From Diplonema japonicum (Eukaryota; Protista; Euglenozoa: Diplonemea), in NCBI GenBank assembly GCA_964019335.1, contig OZ025690.1:310001-374000 (forward strand): a DNA stretch of 64,000 nt, given 5' to 3'. Shown here piece by piece: positions 1 through 12,687 of this stretch; positions within the stretch are counted from its first letter, which is position 1; each line of letters begins with the position of its first letter. Below the pieces are notes generated by a model. It worked only from the letters and a program-made list of their open reading frames with translations. It made no database searches and had not been told where the DNA came from. Both the position numbers and the translations under genes were made by a program.

Positions 1-29
1 GGGGGGTAAAAAAAAACAAAAAAAAAACA

Positions 30-2966
30 CTACAGGTTCCTTGCAATAGGCCCGTCAAGGTTCGCGGGTAAGATTTGTTGTATGGTTCCTTCTTCTTCGT
101 CTTGTCGGGATCGGTGGCCGAACACCGAGAAGACCAGTTTGAATGGGGAGGTTAAAACAGAAGCAAGAGGATCGAGATGCAACAGTTTACGGATTCCGGT
201 AAAGATCCCTATGGAGTAATGCTCCACGAGCTCTGTTAAAGCAATGACGCTCTCCGGCTGCACCAAAACCAAATCATCGATTGGAATATGCACGCTGGTG
301 TGCGGCAACACAAACGACGCCTTCACAGAATAAGGCTCATGCGTGACGACAAAACAATCAGAATCACCGCTGCTTTCCGGTTCCGGGTTCTCATTTCTAT
401 AAGCTGCCTTGCACCTCCACAGGAACGACACCAAATCGCTGTCGACAGTGATTTCAGGTTGGCAGTTTGTCTGCACGTTCAGTTCAAATAAGTTCCCCGT
501 TTTCAGGTACGTCGCCCTTGTGACCAATCTGTTGCGTTTTGCAACCTTGGGTTTTCTGCAGAGGCTGAAAAAATCCGTGTCTCCTAATGAACATATAACC
601 GGTCCGACAGAAAAAGTCCCCGACGATGCCGCCACCGCCACAGAGACGTCATCCACTGAACATACTAAAATCGACGAAGTTGAGCCATCGTGCAGATGGA
701 GTGTTGTGTTAGGAAGCGATCCTGAAACAGCCCATTTGGGTGAAGATCGAGACGCCGTCGACGTTCTCGTAGGAAGGCAGCCCCGCCATTTACAAATTTC
801 CGGTGTAACATCAAGCGTCGGTGTGGACGTGTCCGCCATCTCCCCGAAACGGATGGTTTGCTCCCGGAGATTGCACCCAACAGCAATGGTGTCCTCCACC
901 CTCAAACGGACCCCCGTCACCGCGATATCGATGTCCCCACATAGCAGAAAAATGTTTTCAATAATCGGGTTTTTTACTTTTTTACCTCTGGTTTTGTTGT
1001 CCCCGCTTAAAAGACTCAAGATGAGCCCGTCGTGTGACATGTCTGAGTAGTCGATTTTAACAGAAGACGCCACACACGATACGTTCAAGGATTTGTTGAC
1101 GGTGAAGCTTAACATCCCGCATTGGGCGATCGGGGTGTTTTTCACACGGCCCTCCAAGAATATCTTGGTGGTTGTTAGATCGGTGCTGAGCAGGTTGGGA
1201 GAGTGCGTCCTTGCGACACATGTCACGCGTTCCGTGTGCGTCTCGTAACACAATTCCAACGACGGACCCTTTACACTAACATTGTTCAAATTGCACATAA
1301 ACACGGTTTCAGCATCCGTACCTTCACCGAACCTCGGGATGAAGCTTAATAAGCGAAGCAATGTGTCTTGCAGATTACTCACAGATGTTGGGATTTTCTC
1401 TGCCTCCACTGACACCACAGCGGTTTTATCGCTGGACATCTCTACCGTTCCGGGGTGTGAGGTGAGTAAGATGTTTTGAACTGTTGCCTTTCCTATCAAA
1501 TCGTTGTTGAGAATAAGCTCGATGCCGGTGGACTGGCATTTCAATTTCCCTCGGACTTGCCTTCCGAGAAGAACTGACAAAGAAACCGGTTCGGAGGTAA
1601 GCGCGACAAGCGAACCGTTTGAAGAGGCCGCTGCCGTCACACGCTCGATGTTCACGTTGATGGTGCGGTTCACCTTGTGTTCCTCTTGTTCTTGTTCTTG
1701 TTCGTGTTCTTCTTCCTCCTCCTCCTCTTCTTCATCCTCGAAATCATCCCGGCGTTGGACGGTGGAATAAAAAAAAACCCCATCACCACCACCGTCACCA
1801 TCACCTTCATTCCCATCCTTCTCTTGAACACACGTGTGCGTCGTGATCTCCGTCGCAGCGAAGGTAGTGTGCAGACCGGTTCCTCCCAAACAGGTTCTGA
1901 ACATAGAGGAAAGTTGAGTACTAGGATTGGGGTTGCTATGTTTGTCGGTAGAAGTAGTGGTGGGTAATAGACCCCTTGCTTTGAGAATGGCTCTGATTCT
2001 TTCAGACTTAAGCTGTTCTGAGGTACAGACGGAGCAGCATAGAACAGCGGCTACGGCGCTGTGTTGTGAAAGCTCACAGACGTCGACATCGAACACATCA
2101 CGTGCCACGCGCAGAACCTCGTCAAAATCTAGATTTACGTGAATTTTCGGGACCGCCACGTCCCACTGCTCCTCCACAGTTTGAACCACGCCGGATTCCT
2201 TGCTTATTCTTTTTTCAAACAGAGATTTCTCAAAGGTAACCGAGTTGTGAATGGAAACGGCGTTGTTCCCGTTCAAGGTGATTTGAAGGCCGGGGTTGAT
2301 CTGGCCCCAACCGTGTGCTTTGAAAACAGCTCCGTTTGGCGAGTTAATATGTAAAAGCTTGGATTTTCCACTGGAATCGAGCAAGGAAAGACTGCATTCC
2401 AAAACCTTAAGCGAATACGACGGTGCCTTAACAACAGAGTCAGATTTCTCGCTCGCATGGCTGAACTGCTGTGCAAGATGGATAATGGGTTTTAATGCAA
2501 TTGGGTTGGCCTCTGCGATGACGCGTTGTGTGACCAAGGAAAACGTATCAGCTGTGGTGTTGTGGATTTCAAGAAGAATCTTGTTGTTGTTGGAAGAGAC
2601 CAACAAAATCTTCGGGACCTCCACACGGCCGGTTTTGTGGTTAAGGGTCAGCTCCGGAACTTGAAACTGGTGTTGCCTAATGTCTACAGTTATGTTTTCC
2701 GCCCTGTAACTGACCCCGCTCTCGATCATCGAGAAGATTTTGTTTTGGTAAAGCCAGCGAAGCACGCCTCTGCCTTGCTTTTTTTGCTGTGTTGCTGTGG
2801 CCACCACGTCAAGCTTTTCCACACTCAGCGACACCGCCACCCCATATAAAAGACCCTCAACTTCAAAAGACGTCTTTCCTGTGTATTTTATCGCCACTTG
2901 TTCTAGCCCGATCCTTTCAAAGTATTCTCTTTGGACGAATGTTTTTAAATCGAGAAGCTTGGCCAT
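30..2966 (-). CDS. Large hypothetical protein (~978 aa), beta-rich with acidic tract; possibly a distant ATG2/VPS13-like lipid-transfer protein
   Basis: Long ORF. ATG at 2966 follows an A-run (MAKLLDLK); the upstream ORF extension is homopolymer-derived. The family guess rests only on beta-strand periodicity and a helical C-terminus. Confidence 0.75.
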   Translation of the reverse strand: MAKLLDLKTFVQREYFERIGLEQVAIKYTGKTSFEVEGLLYGVAVSLSVEKLDVVATATQQKKQGRGVLRWLYQNKIFSMIESGVSYRAENITVDIRQHQFQVPELTLNHKTGRVEVPKILLVSSNNNKILLEIHNTTADTFSLVTQRVIAEANPIALKPIIHLAQQFSHASEKSDSVVKAPSYSLKVLECSLSLLDSSGKSKLLHINSPNGAVFKAHGWGQINPGLQITLNGNNAVSIHNSVTFEKSLFEKRISKESGVVQTVEEQWDVAVPKIHVNLDFDEVLRVARDVFDVDVCELSQHSAVAAVLCCSVCTSEQLKSERIRAILKARGLLPTTTSTDKHSNPNPSTQLSSMFRTCLGGTGLHTTFAATEITTHTCVQEKDGNEGDGDGGGDGVFFYSTVQRRDDFEDEEEEEEEEEHEQEQEQEEHKVNRTINVNIERVTAAASSNGSLVALTSEPVSLSVLLGRQVRGKLKCQSTGIELILNNDLIGKATVQNILLTSHPGTVEMSSDKTAVVSVEAEKIPTSVSNLQDTLLRLLSFIPRFGEGTDAETVFMCNLNNVSVKGPSLELCYETHTERVTCVARTHSPNLLSTDLTTTKIFLEGRVKNTPIAQCGMLSFTVNKSLNVSCVASSVKIDYSDMSHDGLILSLLSGDNKTRGKKVKNPIIENIFLLCGDIDIAVTGVRLRVEDTIAVGCNLREQTIRFGEMADTSTPTLDVTPEICKWRGCLPTRTSTASRSSPKWAVSGSLPNTTLHLHDGSTSSILVCSVDDVSVAVAASSGTFSVGPVICSLGDTDFFSLCRKPKVAKRNRLVTRATYLKTGNLFELNVQTNCQPEITVDSDLVSFLWRCKAAYRNENPEPESSGDSDCFVVTHEPYSVKASFVLPHTSVHIPIDDLVLVQPESVIALTELVEHYSIGIFTGIRKLLHLDPLASVLTSPFKLVFSVFGHRSRQDEEEGTIQQILPANLDGPIARNL

Positions 2967-3363
2967 TTTTTTTTTTTGTGTGTGTGAACTCTGTTTTAAG
3001 AGAGATGGTTTATGGAATCTTTTTTTTTTTATTAATTTATAGAGAGGGAGTAAGAGGGGGAGGAAGTAAGAGAGGGAGGAAAACAAAAGGAAGGGATTAA
3101 AAAAAAAAAGTTGAAAAAAAGAAGTCCGCATTTTTTTGTATTCCATGTTTACAAAAAAGAAATAACACCCCTCCAGATGCTTGGAATGAAACAGGGGGAA
3201 AAAAAAAATGCAGACTTTCTTTTTCTTCTTCTTTTTTTTTTCTTTTCCCAGAGGGGGAGAAAGAAGAGAAGAGAGAAAAAGGTGCTAAAATCTTATAAAC
3301 CATAAGATTTTGCATCGTTCCTTGTGGGGATTAGAAGAAAAAAAAAAAAAAGGCTATAAATCG

Positions 3364-3398
<35 letters not shown>

Positions 3399-3628
3399 CT
3401 TTAATATTTCTTATGGAGAGGGAAATAAAAAGCAAACGGAGAAAGTAGTAGTAGAAGTCGCAACGCATGACGGAGCGTCTATTTTTTTTTTTTTTTTGTG
3501 CATCCCCACCTTTTTTTTTTTTTAATAAGTTCGATTTTTCATCCTCGGCTGAAACACTGAACGTGACAAAAGGTGGGGGAACGGGAAAAGGAAAAGGGTT
3601 CAAGAATAATGTTATTGTTTGCTTTTGC

Positions 3629-3671
<43 letters not shown>

Positions 3672-4570
3672 CTGTATAAAGCGGTAGCGTCACACACCAG
3701 GAAAAAAAAAAAGAGAAAAAAAAAGGTGACAATAAAACAACTAAAGGAAGAAGAAGAAAAAAAAAAAAAAAACACCCCTTGCTGTATAAAGGGAAAAAGA
3801 AAAGGGTTCAAGACAAGAACTAACGCACACTCACATAAAAAAAGGGGGGAAATAGAAAAAGAAGAAAAGGAACAATTTGTGTATTTTAACTAGTGAGTAC
3901 TAATTCAACACATTTCCCATTTCCCTTTTGGTAGTTTTCTTTCGTATTCCTATACTTGTTTTTTATTCCTTTTTTTTTTTTTTTTTTTTTTTAGTCTGGC
4001 GTTGACTCGTGGAGGGTTGCATCGGCAACCAGAAAAAGAAAAGAAAATAGTGCAGGGCTTGCGAAGCCTCACAATAAAAGAAAAATTTGAAAATTGAAAA
4101 CCGAACCCAAATACAGCCTAGGACGATTGGAAATTATTCCTCAAAGCAAGGCGTAGAAGTGTGTAAGTTTTCCAGTTAAAAAAAAAAAAAAAGACACCTT
4201 TGGAGAAAGTAAGTTAAGCTAATTTTTGCTTCTAAATCATCACAAAGCAACCGCTCGCCACAACTCTCATGACAAAAAAAAAAAAAAGCGAGAGCTTTAG
4301 GGATGTACTTTCTTTTTCATTTTATTTTGGTGCTATGTTCTCTCACGGGGGTTTTTTTTTTTGAAAAAAAAATTGTTGCAGTTAAAAAAAAAAAAAAAAA
4401 AAAAAAGGAAAGACAAAAGAAAAAAGAGATCTTACTCCGGCTATTCAGACCGCGCGGCGATCACTTTTTTTCTTCTTCTGTTCAACAATAAGTGAGAGGG
4501 AGAACAAGATTAGATATAAGGTTTGAAAATAATGTAAAAAGAAAAAAAAAAAATAGAAAAAAAATGTCCT

Positions 4571-7500
4571 CTAGCATCCCTTGGCAGGGCTGCTGAGGGC
4601 CGACGATACAACACGCGACCACTTACCCATCATGTCATGCTGTGCGTTCCAGAAGAAGGCACCACCGGAGCAAGGGAACGCATCCTTCAGCTCGCGAACG
4701 ACCCTAGCAGCTTGTTGTCCGTTGCTGTTTGACGATGTCTCGGCACACCCACTGATGCAAAAGCCGAACACCACCTTAGCGGCATTGCCGCCAAAGCAGT
4801 CAGCCACAAGGTTCGCGAAATGCGACAAAGCAGAGGAGACACCCCCATTAATCCCATCAGTACTGGGACGCGTCACACCATTGTAATATTGCGACATTAC
4901 AAAATCAACGGAACCCGCCACCTCCTTGATGACGTTGTAGTAACCCGTCCCTTGAACAAGGTCTGTGTCCATGACAGAGTGTGTGACAAGGCTCCCTGCA
5001 GGAAGCTTGTCCCTCAGCCCGTGAGTTACGTCTTTTAAAAAGGTCCTTGCCTGGGCGCCCTTTGCAAACGATGACCCCCTCTGCCCGTCCTCGTAGTAGT
5101 ACTCGTAGTCGATGTTCACCCCGTCGAAGCCCTGGGTGCTTGCGATGTTGGCCAGCTGCCTCGTCAGGTGGTCTTCCTTTCCGAAGCATTGTTCCCAGCA
5201 GTTGTCCCTTCCGTCCCATGATGCTCCCATTCCGGAGCCCCCGAAGGATAGCATCACCTTCTTACCGGCGGCTCTCCACTTTGCAACGAGCTCGGGTTGC
5301 GGGGTGTTTTCGCACACGGGCACAATCGGCTTCAGGATGTCGCACTGCTCGCTGCACTTGTTCTTGCTCGACGGCCCTTGCGAAGCGTAGCTCACGACGT
5401 ACGACACGAGGATGTGGGTGTATGCGCTGACCTGTTCATCTGTGGGGCAGGCTTCCCAGTTCATAACGTATGCAATGAGTCTGCTGCTGTTGGTGTTGTT
5501 GTTGGAATCATCCAGCGACACCGACGACGCTGCTGACCCCTTGAGCTCGGTCGGGACAGGGGTAGGGGCGTCGGTCGTCTCGTCCACGATTGTGATGGTC
5601 TGCGTTCTGTTGCTGCCCGATGCGGTGTACCCGCTGCACACAGACTCCTTGAAGAACGGGGTGATGGACCAGGTGCGGCGCACAGTCCACTCCTTCTCGT
5701 TCGACCCTTCCACTGCGATCGGGCTGCTGTCCATGTAAAACATGTCGAACTCCTGTCTGCAGGGGGAGGCCCCCGTCGGCATCCCGATCTCCATTGGGTC
5801 AGTTGCGTTCTCCGTGGTCACACGTGCGTTCTCCGGGAATGAGGAAAACACGGGCGGGGCGGGCTCCAGGGTGATGATCTGCGTCACCTTGTCAGAGACC
5901 CCACCGCACATCGGGTTGTCGCGGAGCACCCAGATCACCTCCATGAAGGAGGACCCGCACATCCTGTTGGGGAAGTCGGACACGGGGAGCATGCGCTGCT
6001 TCACGACAGTCACCTTCGCTCCTGCTGAGCACGCGGGGTCGATGTACCAGATAAGCGGCTTCAAGCTCTGCAGGTTGACCTCTTGGTCGCATCGGAAGGT
6101 GTACGAAGTGGCACCCCCGAGGATGGGACGTTTTCGCACCACCATCCCTGCCTCCGTGCTGATGTCGTTCGTGAGGAGGGCTTGGTTCTCCAGTGCCTTG
6201 TCCGCCATTGCCGACGCCATCTTGTCTTGTGTGTTCTTCACGCTTGCCTCGTAGCTCGACTGGCTGCTGAAGTCGTACGGCATGTTGTCCAGCGCAACCG
6301 TCTTTTCCGTGCTTGACAGCCCGCCACCGGTTCCCTTCCCGCCGTAGGTGCGCACCCCGCCAGTGAAGCCCCCCGAAGCGGCCGATGAGTCCGTCCCGAA
6401 CGGCACCACCACCGTTGTCGTCTCCAGCGATGGCATTGGGACCTCCATCCCCGAGTCCACGTTCTTCAGCCCAGGGTTCTCGTCCTTCGATCCGTCCACA
6501 ACCGAGGTCTTCTGAGCCATGACGTCAGCTTTTTCCTTCACCTCGCCTGCAGCGAGAGCCACCTCCTCCATGCACTCGGGATCCGCGTACCTCGGTCCGT
6601 ACTTCGTGTGGCAGGTCCTTCCGAAGAAGCAGAACAGGTGGCACCAGCATTCCACCCACCTTTCTTGTACGTATTTGCACCCGTACTCGTTCCTCCCCCC
6701 TGCGTTCACTACGCGGTGCCCCTCTGTGCTGAATATCCCGATCGCGCTCCCGAAGGCCTTTGCTGCACCAATGAAGTCTCCCTGGAAGAGTCTCTCTGCT
6801 GCGGTGATGAGGTCCCCCAGGATCGGAACCTTCTTCAGCACCGCCACCACATTGCGGATCACCTCCGCCACGTTGTTCAGGAACTCCGTCACCTTCTCCT
6901 TGATGTAGTTCAGCGTCGTCTCGAAGACGTGCACGATCTCGTTCCACAGCTGCGTCACCTTCTCCGACACATAGTTCCACGCCGCCGTCACCGCCTTCGC
7001 CACAGCCTTCACCGCGATGTTGATCCCATCCACGATCTTCTGGCCGAGGTCTCCCAGTGACACGGACACAGAGATGTCGAACTCCGAGTCCTCAAACTTC
7101 GGTGCCACCACTGCCCGCCCGCTCACAGTCGTCTCGATGAGCGCCAGGTCCAGCGTCACCGCGAAGTCGACCACGTTCCCCTTCACCTCCACCTTGGCCC
7201 GCAGGTTGATGAACAGGACTTGGATGTCGCAGGCGAAGATGGCGTACGGGATCGGGCGGGTCGCATCGTACATAAAGAGTACCTGTCGGATCTTCACGAT
7301 CTCCAGGAAGTTCATGTCCCGCAGCTCCATCTTGAAGAAGGTGAGGTCCCAGTTCCAGGTCACGTTCACGTGCGAGGACAGCGCCCCGTCGAAGAGGTCG
7401 ATCCCTGCCGTGAAGGAGAAGATGTCCGCGTTCAGGGTCACGTTCAAGTAGCCGTACGACTTCAGCATCGGGATGTCGAAGGCGCCCCCGATGTCGATCA

Positions 7501-10500
7501 GGGCCCGCGGCTCCGGCTTCACCTGCAGGTCCACCAGGAACTTCGCCCCGCCCACCGCCACCTTGTTCTCCAAACGGTTACCAATGCGGAGCTGGAAGGC
7601 CCCGATTTTCAGGTCCACGGGGTCCATCCAGGCGTCGATGTAGAAACGCGTCTTGCTCACTGCGAGGTCGATCGCGATCTCCCAACCGAGGAAGTTCAGG
7701 CGCCCCTGAAGGGCGACACCTGCCGGGATCACCACGTCCCCGCTACGGAAGGTCAGCCGCTGTTCCTTGACCGGGCTGAAAGAGAAGAATGCGAAACACT
7801 CCAAATCAAGTGTTGTCTCGTTCGCGTAGCCGTCCAGCATCCCAGCGCACTTCGTCTTGTAGTCCTTGTCGAAGGGGTAGATACCCGACTCCGCGAGCTT
7901 CCCCGGGATCACAAGCCCGTCCAGCCCAGGAACGAAGTCCGACAAGACCCCGATCATCCCGCCGATGGTGAGCTCCGACACCATCGCGATGAAGAAGTTG
8001 TCCTCGGGAACCGTGCTGCTCACCCCGACGTAGGTGCGCCCCTCGATGTAGGGCTGTCTTCGCCTCTCGCAGTTTTCTTCCCTCCCGAGACACACCGCCC
8101 CGCCCAGGACGAACCCAGACGGGAGCGGGGATTTCAGGTCCCACTCCACCCCGAGGAGGATGTCCCCGATCTGGAGAAACGGGAGCCCCAAGGCCTTATT
8201 CCACCAACCGTCCAGCTTCAGCGACCCGCGTACCAGCTGCGCCGTCGGACTCACCACCAGCGACAGGTCCCCGATCAGGAACAAAAAGTACCGGTCAGCG
8301 TAGTCACCGTCACATCGCTCAACGCAGATCTTCAACGGGATGTTCACACCGAGCTTCTGGATGGGGAGCCCTCCCGAGAACACGTACTCGAATTGCACGT
8401 AGATGCTCATCCCAAGCGTCCCCTCCACGTTCACCACCGCGAAGTTGCTCTCCGACGTGTCCGGGTCCGTCCCGATCCGTAGCTCCAGCAAAGCCGACCC
8501 GGAGAATTGCAGCTCCGCGCTCGCCGACACACGGAAGTTCTCTGTCACATCTGACACCACCTCCAAGAAGTCTCCCTCCAGGATGTCCGGAAGCTTCGGG
8601 GACCCGATCGCGTACAGCTTCACCCCCGAGGTCGTCATCTCGAGCGCAAGCTTTGTGTCTTGGATACCAAACGACAGTATGGGCGACAGGACTGCGTCCA
8701 GCACCTTGGCCACCTCCTCGTCGAAGTTGCTCACCACGAGGTAGGCCACGTTCGCCACCGTCAGCTCGTCTACCCATACACTCGCCTCCACCCCGTCGCA
8801 CGTGGTGGCCTGCCCGATCCGCCCCACCCCAGACAGACTAGTGGTCGGTGTCGGGGACTGGCAGTTTCCGAGGCAGAAAGGCATCGAAATCTCTCCCTTC
8901 TGTATGATCGGTTTAATGAGCTCTAAAAAGTTTTCGAGGTCCGAAGCAGCATCCAGAAGCTCCCTCGTCTTGTGCTCTGTGGCGGCAGAGGAGGAGGAGG
9001 AGGTGGTGGTGGTGGTGTTGCCCGTGGTGACGTCGGAGTCGGAGTCGGGGTCCCCGTTGTCGGAGTTCGAGCTGGAAGACGAGGAAGGGCCCATGGGGCA
9101 CTCAGAGGGGTCCAAGCCCAAGCTCGGTTCTTCGTTCGTGTCATCCAGTGTTATCGCCATCCCCAAGCTGAGCCCGAACCCTTCCAACGGGTCTCCCTTC
9201 GCAGATGTAAACGAGCTTTTCCTCTCGTTCCACCAAGAGCTTGCGAGCTCCTTCATTCCCGTCTTCACGGTCTTTCCAAGGTTCTTCAGGGTGAACTCAA
9301 TCTGTTTGAACGCCTCCCTGTTTGACTTCTTGAAGATGTGCTTCCCCCACGACTTCAGCGATATCCCGAACCCTCCGAACCCAAGGCTGCCCCACCAAAC
9401 GTCCACCGGCGTCCCCACCCCGAGGCATCCCCAGTGCGGGTGCGTGAACACGATCGTGATGCTGTCGATCCCCACCGTCGTCGCGATGATGGCGGGCATG
9501 TCGATCCCAACCTCGAAGGCGAACCCGCTGGAGTACTCGGGGGCCACGAACCACTCCACAGACAGCGCCACCTCGAACTGCGTGTTTGCAAAAAAGCCCT
9601 CAACACCCGTTGTCTGGTTCTGGTTAGCGCGTGCCCTGCGTGCCTTCCCCTTCGCTTTCAGCACTGTCCCTTCCCTCCCATTAGTAGTAGCACCACCTTC
9701 TTCTTCTTCCAAGATCACCCCCATGTGCCCTGCAGCCACTTCTTTCACGCACTTTCCCTTCTGGCACTCTTCGTCCATCCCACAGTCGTTGTCGTTCATG
9801 CACTTAGCCACCGCGGGTGCAGGTGTGGGAACAGGTGTAGGTGCGGGAGTAGGTACAGGTGTAGGAACAGGTGTTGGTACAGGGGTAGGTGCGGGAGTAG
9901 GGACAGGTGTTGGTGCAGGAGTAGGAACAGGTGTAGGTGCAGGAGTAGGAACAGGGGTTGGTGCAGGGGTAGGTGCAGGTGTAGGAACAGGTGTTGGTGC
10001 AGGCGTGGGAACAGGTGTAGGTGCAGGAGTAGGAACAGGGGTTGGTGCAGGTGTAGGAACAGGTGTTGGTGCAGGTGTAGGAACGGGTGTTGGTACAGGT
10101 GTAGGTGCAGGGGTGGGAACAGGTGTAGGTGCAGGGGTAGGGGCTTCGGTAGCACGCTTGGCCAATACGCCGACACCCACCCCAAACGTAAGACCCAGAC
10201 CTGTGTAGGGCTTTGTGGGCTCGCCTGGGGCGATCTCGAACCCAGAGTTCCACCCAAGACCAATGGTAGGGGCGAGCTGGAACCTGTCCTTAATCACCTT
10301 CTCGTACGCAACACCGAATGCGAGCGTCACGGAGAAGCCGAATGGGCACCCCTTCGTTTGGTGTTTGCAGAGGTACGCGATGGTGCAGCAGTCCTCGAGG
10401 GGCTTCACAGCTCTTCTCTTTTGGTGGTTCTGCTGTGCCTCGAGGAGCATGGCTGACCTGTCGGTCGATGCGGCTGACGAACTGCATTGCCCTGAGAAGG

Positions 10501-10879
10501 TGCGGACATAGGGCAGCAGGCTGTTCGCGAGATCAGAGACGTCGTCGAGGAAGGTCTCGGCAGCAGCATCTTCAAAGAATTCGACCAGACCGTCGGCTGC
10601 TTCCACCGCCCTCTCCTTCAGCGTGTTCAGTTGATCCGCTGCATGAACGACGGCCTCGATCGCCTCTGTCGCACCGAGCGCTTCAAGCACGTCGTACGCC
10701 TTGTCAGCAAGGGCATCCGCCACTTCCCCTCTGAAGGCGTCCACCGTCCCAGCAAGAGACGATGCCAGCGACGTTACCGTCAGCGGCTCGGACGTCGAAG
10801 TCGCAGCGGGCGCTGCTTCCTGCGCCCCTACCATCAGCACCATTGCTCCCAATGTTAACATCTGCAAGCTTTTCACCAT
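4571..10879 (-). CDS. Giant secreted multidomain protein (~2102 aa) with Pro/Thr linker and C-terminal GH18 chitinase domain
   Basis: Signal-peptide-like N-terminus ([21 protein letters not shown]), (PTPA/PTPV)n tract, small Cys knot ([18 protein letters not shown]), HYR-like segments, and GH18 motifs [28 protein letters not shown]. Confidence 0.9.
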   Translation of the reverse strand: MVKSLQMLTLGAMVLMVGAQEAAPAATSTSEPLTVTSLASSLAGTVDAFRGEVADALADKAYDVLEALGATEAIEAVVHAADQLNTLKERAVEAADGLVEFFEDAAAETFLDDVSDLANSLLPYVRTFSGQCSSSAASTDRSAMLLEAQQNHQKRRAVKPLEDCCTIAYLCKHQTKGCPFGFSVTLAFGVAYEKVIKDRFQLAPTIGLGWNSGFEIAPGEPTKPYTGLGLTFGVGVGVLAKRATEAPTPAPTPVPTPAPTPVPTPVPTPAPTPVPTPAPTPVPTPAPTPVPTPAPTPVPTPAPTPAPTPVPTPAPTPVPTPAPTPVPTPAPTPVPTPVPTPVPTPAPTPVPTPAPAVAKCMNDNDCGMDEECQKGKCVKEVAAGHMGVILEEEEGGATTNGREGTVLKAKGKARRARANQNQTTGVEGFFANTQFEVALSVEWFVAPEYSSGFAFEVGIDMPAIIATTVGIDSITIVFTHPHWGCLGVGTPVDVWWGSLGFGGFGISLKSWGKHIFKKSNREAFKQIEFTLKNLGKTVKTGMKELASSWWNERKSSFTSAKGDPLEGFGLSLGMAITLDDTNEEPSLGLDPSECPMGPSSSSSSNSDNGDPDSDSDVTTGNTTTTTSSSSSAATEHKTRELLDAASDLENFLELIKPIIQKGEISMPFCLGNCQSPTPTTSLSGVGRIGQATTCDGVEASVWVDELTVANVAYLVVSNFDEEVAKVLDAVLSPILSFGIQDTKLALEMTTSGVKLYAIGSPKLPDILEGDFLEVVSDVTENFRVSASAELQFSGSALLELRIGTDPDTSESNFAVVNVEGTLGMSIYVQFEYVFSGGLPIQKLGVNIPLKICVERCDGDYADRYFLFLIGDLSLVVSPTAQLVRGSLKLDGWWNKALGLPFLQIGDILLGVEWDLKSPLPSGFVLGGAVCLGREENCERRRQPYIEGRTYVGVSSTVPEDNFFIAMVSELTIGGMIGVLSDFVPGLDGLVIPGKLAESGIYPFDKDYKTKCAGMLDGYANETTLDLECFAFFSFSPVKEQRLTFRSGDVVIPAGVALQGRLNFLGWEIAIDLAVSKTRFYIDAWMDPVDLKIGAFQLRIGNRLENKVAVGGAKFLVDLQVKPEPRALIDIGGAFDIPMLKSYGYLNVTLNADIFSFTAGIDLFDGALSSHVNVTWNWDLTFFKMELRDMNFLEIVKIRQVLFMYDATRPIPYAIFACDIQVLFINLRAKVEVKGNVVDFAVTLDLALIETTVSGRAVVAPKFEDSEFDISVSVSLGDLGQKIVDGINIAVKAVAKAVTAAWNYVSEKVTQLWNEIVHVFETTLNYIKEKVTEFLNNVAEVIRNVVAVLKKVPILGDLITAAERLFQGDFIGAAKAFGSAIGIFSTEGHRVVNAGGRNEYGCKYVQERWVECWCHLFCFFGRTCHTKYGPRYADPECMEEVALAAGEVKEKADVMAQKTSVVDGSKDENPGLKNVDSGMEVPMPSLETTTVVVPFGTDSSAASGGFTGGVRTYGGKGTGGGLSSTEKTVALDNMPYDFSSQSSYEASVKNTQDKMASAMADKALENQALLTNDISTEAGMVVRKRPILGGATSYTFRCDQEVNLQSLKPLIWYIDPACSAGAKVTVVKQRMLPVSDFPNRMCGSSFMEVIWVLRDNPMCGGVSDKVTQIITLEPAPPVFSSFPENARVTTENATDPMEIGMPTGASPCRQEFDMFYMDSSPIAVEGSNEKEWTVRRTWSITPFFKESVCSGYTASGSNRTQTITIVDETTDAPTPVPTELKGSAASSVSLDDSNNNTNSSRLIAYVMNWEACPTDEQVSAYTHILVSYVVSYASQGPSSKNKCSEQCDILKPIVPVCENTPQPELVAKWRAAGKKVMLSFGGSGMGASWDGRDNCWEQCFGKEDHLTRQLANIASTQGFDGVNIDYEYYYEDGQRGSSFAKGAQARTFLKDVTHGLRDKLPAGSLVTHSVMDTDLVQGTGYYNVIKEVAGSVDFVMSQYYNGVTRPSTDGINGGVSSALSHFANLVADCFGGNAAKVVFGFCISGCAETSSNSNGQQAARVVRELKDAFPCSGGAFFWNAQHDMMGKWSRVVSSALSSPAKGC
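9817..10146 (-). repeat. Coding tandem repeat (12/24-bp unit) encoding (PTPA/PTPV)n
   Basis: Repeated gtaggtgcaggagtaggaacaggt-like units on the + strand; more than 25 tetrapeptide units in translation. Confidence 0.95.
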
Positions 10880-11343
10880 CGTTTCACAGTCTCGGAGCAC
10901 GATGATGAACCTTTTTTTTTCTTTCTTTTTTTTGTTTGTTTTGGGTAATAAACCTGTGTGTGCGTGTGCGTGTGTGTGTTGTGACACAAGGAGGAGAGAA
11001 AAAAAAGAAAGGAATAGAGACCAACAGAAAGAAAAGGAAAATAATCGGCTAGGGGAAGGGGCCTTTCTGTTCCCCAAATAATATCAAAAGAAAAAAGGAA
11101 AAAAAGAAAGGTAGTCTCGATTCTGTGTGACCAGTCGGCTCCAAAGTGTACCATAAAGCACACGGGGCAGGGGGATAGTGCCGATGGCGGCATGCCTGAT
11201 ACCTGTCGTGACAGTTGCCCGGCCGCTTTGGTGAGCACACCTGTCACCCTAAACACAGTTCAAGAAAGAAAAAAGTAGCCGTACTATACCACACTTTAAG
11301 AAGAAAAAGAAAAAACCCGCCCCCAATCCTTCCATCCCGCTCA

Positions 11344-12687
11344 TCAATCTTCGAACTTAACCAGCATTTTATACTGGTCCTTCTTCCAAAATGTGGGGTC
11401 GGTCGCGAAAAGCATGGAAGAGGTATCGCCATCGTCGTCTAGGTTGAGATCGCCAAGAGAAGTTGTTACTTCTGTGGAGATGAGAGATCCTTCTGGAGCG
11501 AGAAGCACGCCAGCGACAGGGGACTGCAAGGTGATCTTGGCGTCTGACACATAAGGTTCGTACTCCGAGTTTAACGCCTTTCCAACGAGACATTTCTGAA
11601 CAAACTCGCGTGGAGTCCACGATCGCGACGCTGTGATGATAGTGGGCGGCGCAGAGGTGCTGCAAGAAGCATCAGGCGGAAAGCTCTGAACCTGCCCGTA
11701 CACTCCGTGGTCGATCGAGTTCCCATTGTACAAAAAATAATTATCCATTATCGCGTTGCAGTTCGTCGCCATTTTGAGCACCTCGTTGCAACAAGCAGCG
11801 GCGATAATGGCGTTGGTGCTCGCGATGGCTGGGATGATATTCTTCACAACACCCTGAGTAAAGGGGTATGTTATCCCGTCGATGCCGTGCTTGGCACCTC
11901 TCTCCGCGGCTTTTCCAGCGATCCACATAATGTGTTCCTCGTTGTCCCCGTCGATTTCCACGCCTTTTCCGAACGGGTACGAGTCCCGCCATTCTTTTTC
12001 CTTTATGTACATAACACAGTGTTCTGGCAGTCTTGGAACGTTTTCAAGCGTGCACATTGGGTAGGACACCTGTGGTGGGAACATCCATTCTGTGCTTTCA
12101 ATGCATGCTGTCGAACCGATCATTACAACCCTCGCGTGGCCTTTAAATCCTTCTGTTCCGCCGTCGATCATAGGAATTGTCGATGAAGGTACCGCGGTGG
12201 TGCCGTCGGGGCCTTCTTCCCATGTTGTGAGCTCTGCGATTTTTGCATTTATCCATCTTCTTGCTGTCAGGGAGTCCAGCCCGAGTACAATGCACGCGAA
12301 TTGTCTGTAGAAATCATTGTCCATATCTTGAATCATGCAGTGGTGCCATTTGATTTCAACATCTGCCACGCGGTTCATGACGAACTCTGCTGCGATCTTC
12401 GCTTTTGGTTTTCCGATGTCCTTTTCCCTGAACAGAAATTGTCGGTTCAAGTTGCTGAGGTCGATTTCATCCATGTCGATGACCTCCATGTCCCTGAAGC
12501 CTATCAGGGCAAGATCTTTTAGAATCTCGCAGCCAAGTCCCCCTGCACCGACGACCAATAATTTCAAGTCACCCCAGTCATCTCCGGTGGGAGACGCCGC
12601 CCACCCCTCGTCTTCCTGTTCCCCCGAGGGCCTCCAGCAATGGTTGCGCAGTTCGGCCCACCTTTCATCATGTGGTGGATCAGTCAT
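11344..12687 (-). CDS. UBA3: NEDD8-activating enzyme E1 catalytic subunit
   Basis: VVGAGGLGCEILKDLAL, IDMDEIDLSNLNRQFLFR, IDGGTEGFKGHARV, catalytic PMCT..PRLPEHC, GVVKNIIPAIASTNAIIAA. Confidence 0.93.
   Translation of the reverse strand: MTDPPHDERWAELRNHCWRPSGEQEDEGWAASPTGDDWGDLKLLVVGAGGLGCEILKDLALIGFRDMEVIDMDEIDLSNLNRQFLFREKDIGKPKAKIAAEFVMNRVADVEIKWHHCMIQDMDNDFYRQFACIVLGLDSLTARRWINAKIAELTTWEEGPDGTTAVPSSTIPMIDGGTEGFKGHARVVMIGSTACIESTEWMFPPQVSYPMCTLENVPRLPEHCVMYIKEKEWRDSYPFGKGVEIDGDNEEHIMWIAGKAAERGAKHGIDGITYPFTQGVVKNIIPAIASTNAIIAAACCNEVLKMATNCNAIMDNYFLYNGNSIDHGVYGQVQSFPPDASCSTSAPPTIITASRSWTPREFVQKCLVGKALNSEYEPYVSDAKITLQSPVAGVLLAPEGSLISTEVTTSLGDLNLDDDGDTSSMLFATDPTFWKKDQYKMLVKFED

Noticed and set aside
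8802-10456. Long + strand ORFs (468 aa, 372 aa) and similar antisense ORFs at 7220-8482, 48978-50438, 53280-54419
   Set aside because: Shadows of GC-rich or repetitive minus-strand genes; no independent motifs.
11195-11346. SECIS element and UGA read-through for UBA3
   Set aside because: GUGA...AAA...GA is present, but helix II does not pair from the quartet, and UBA3 is complete at the UGA.
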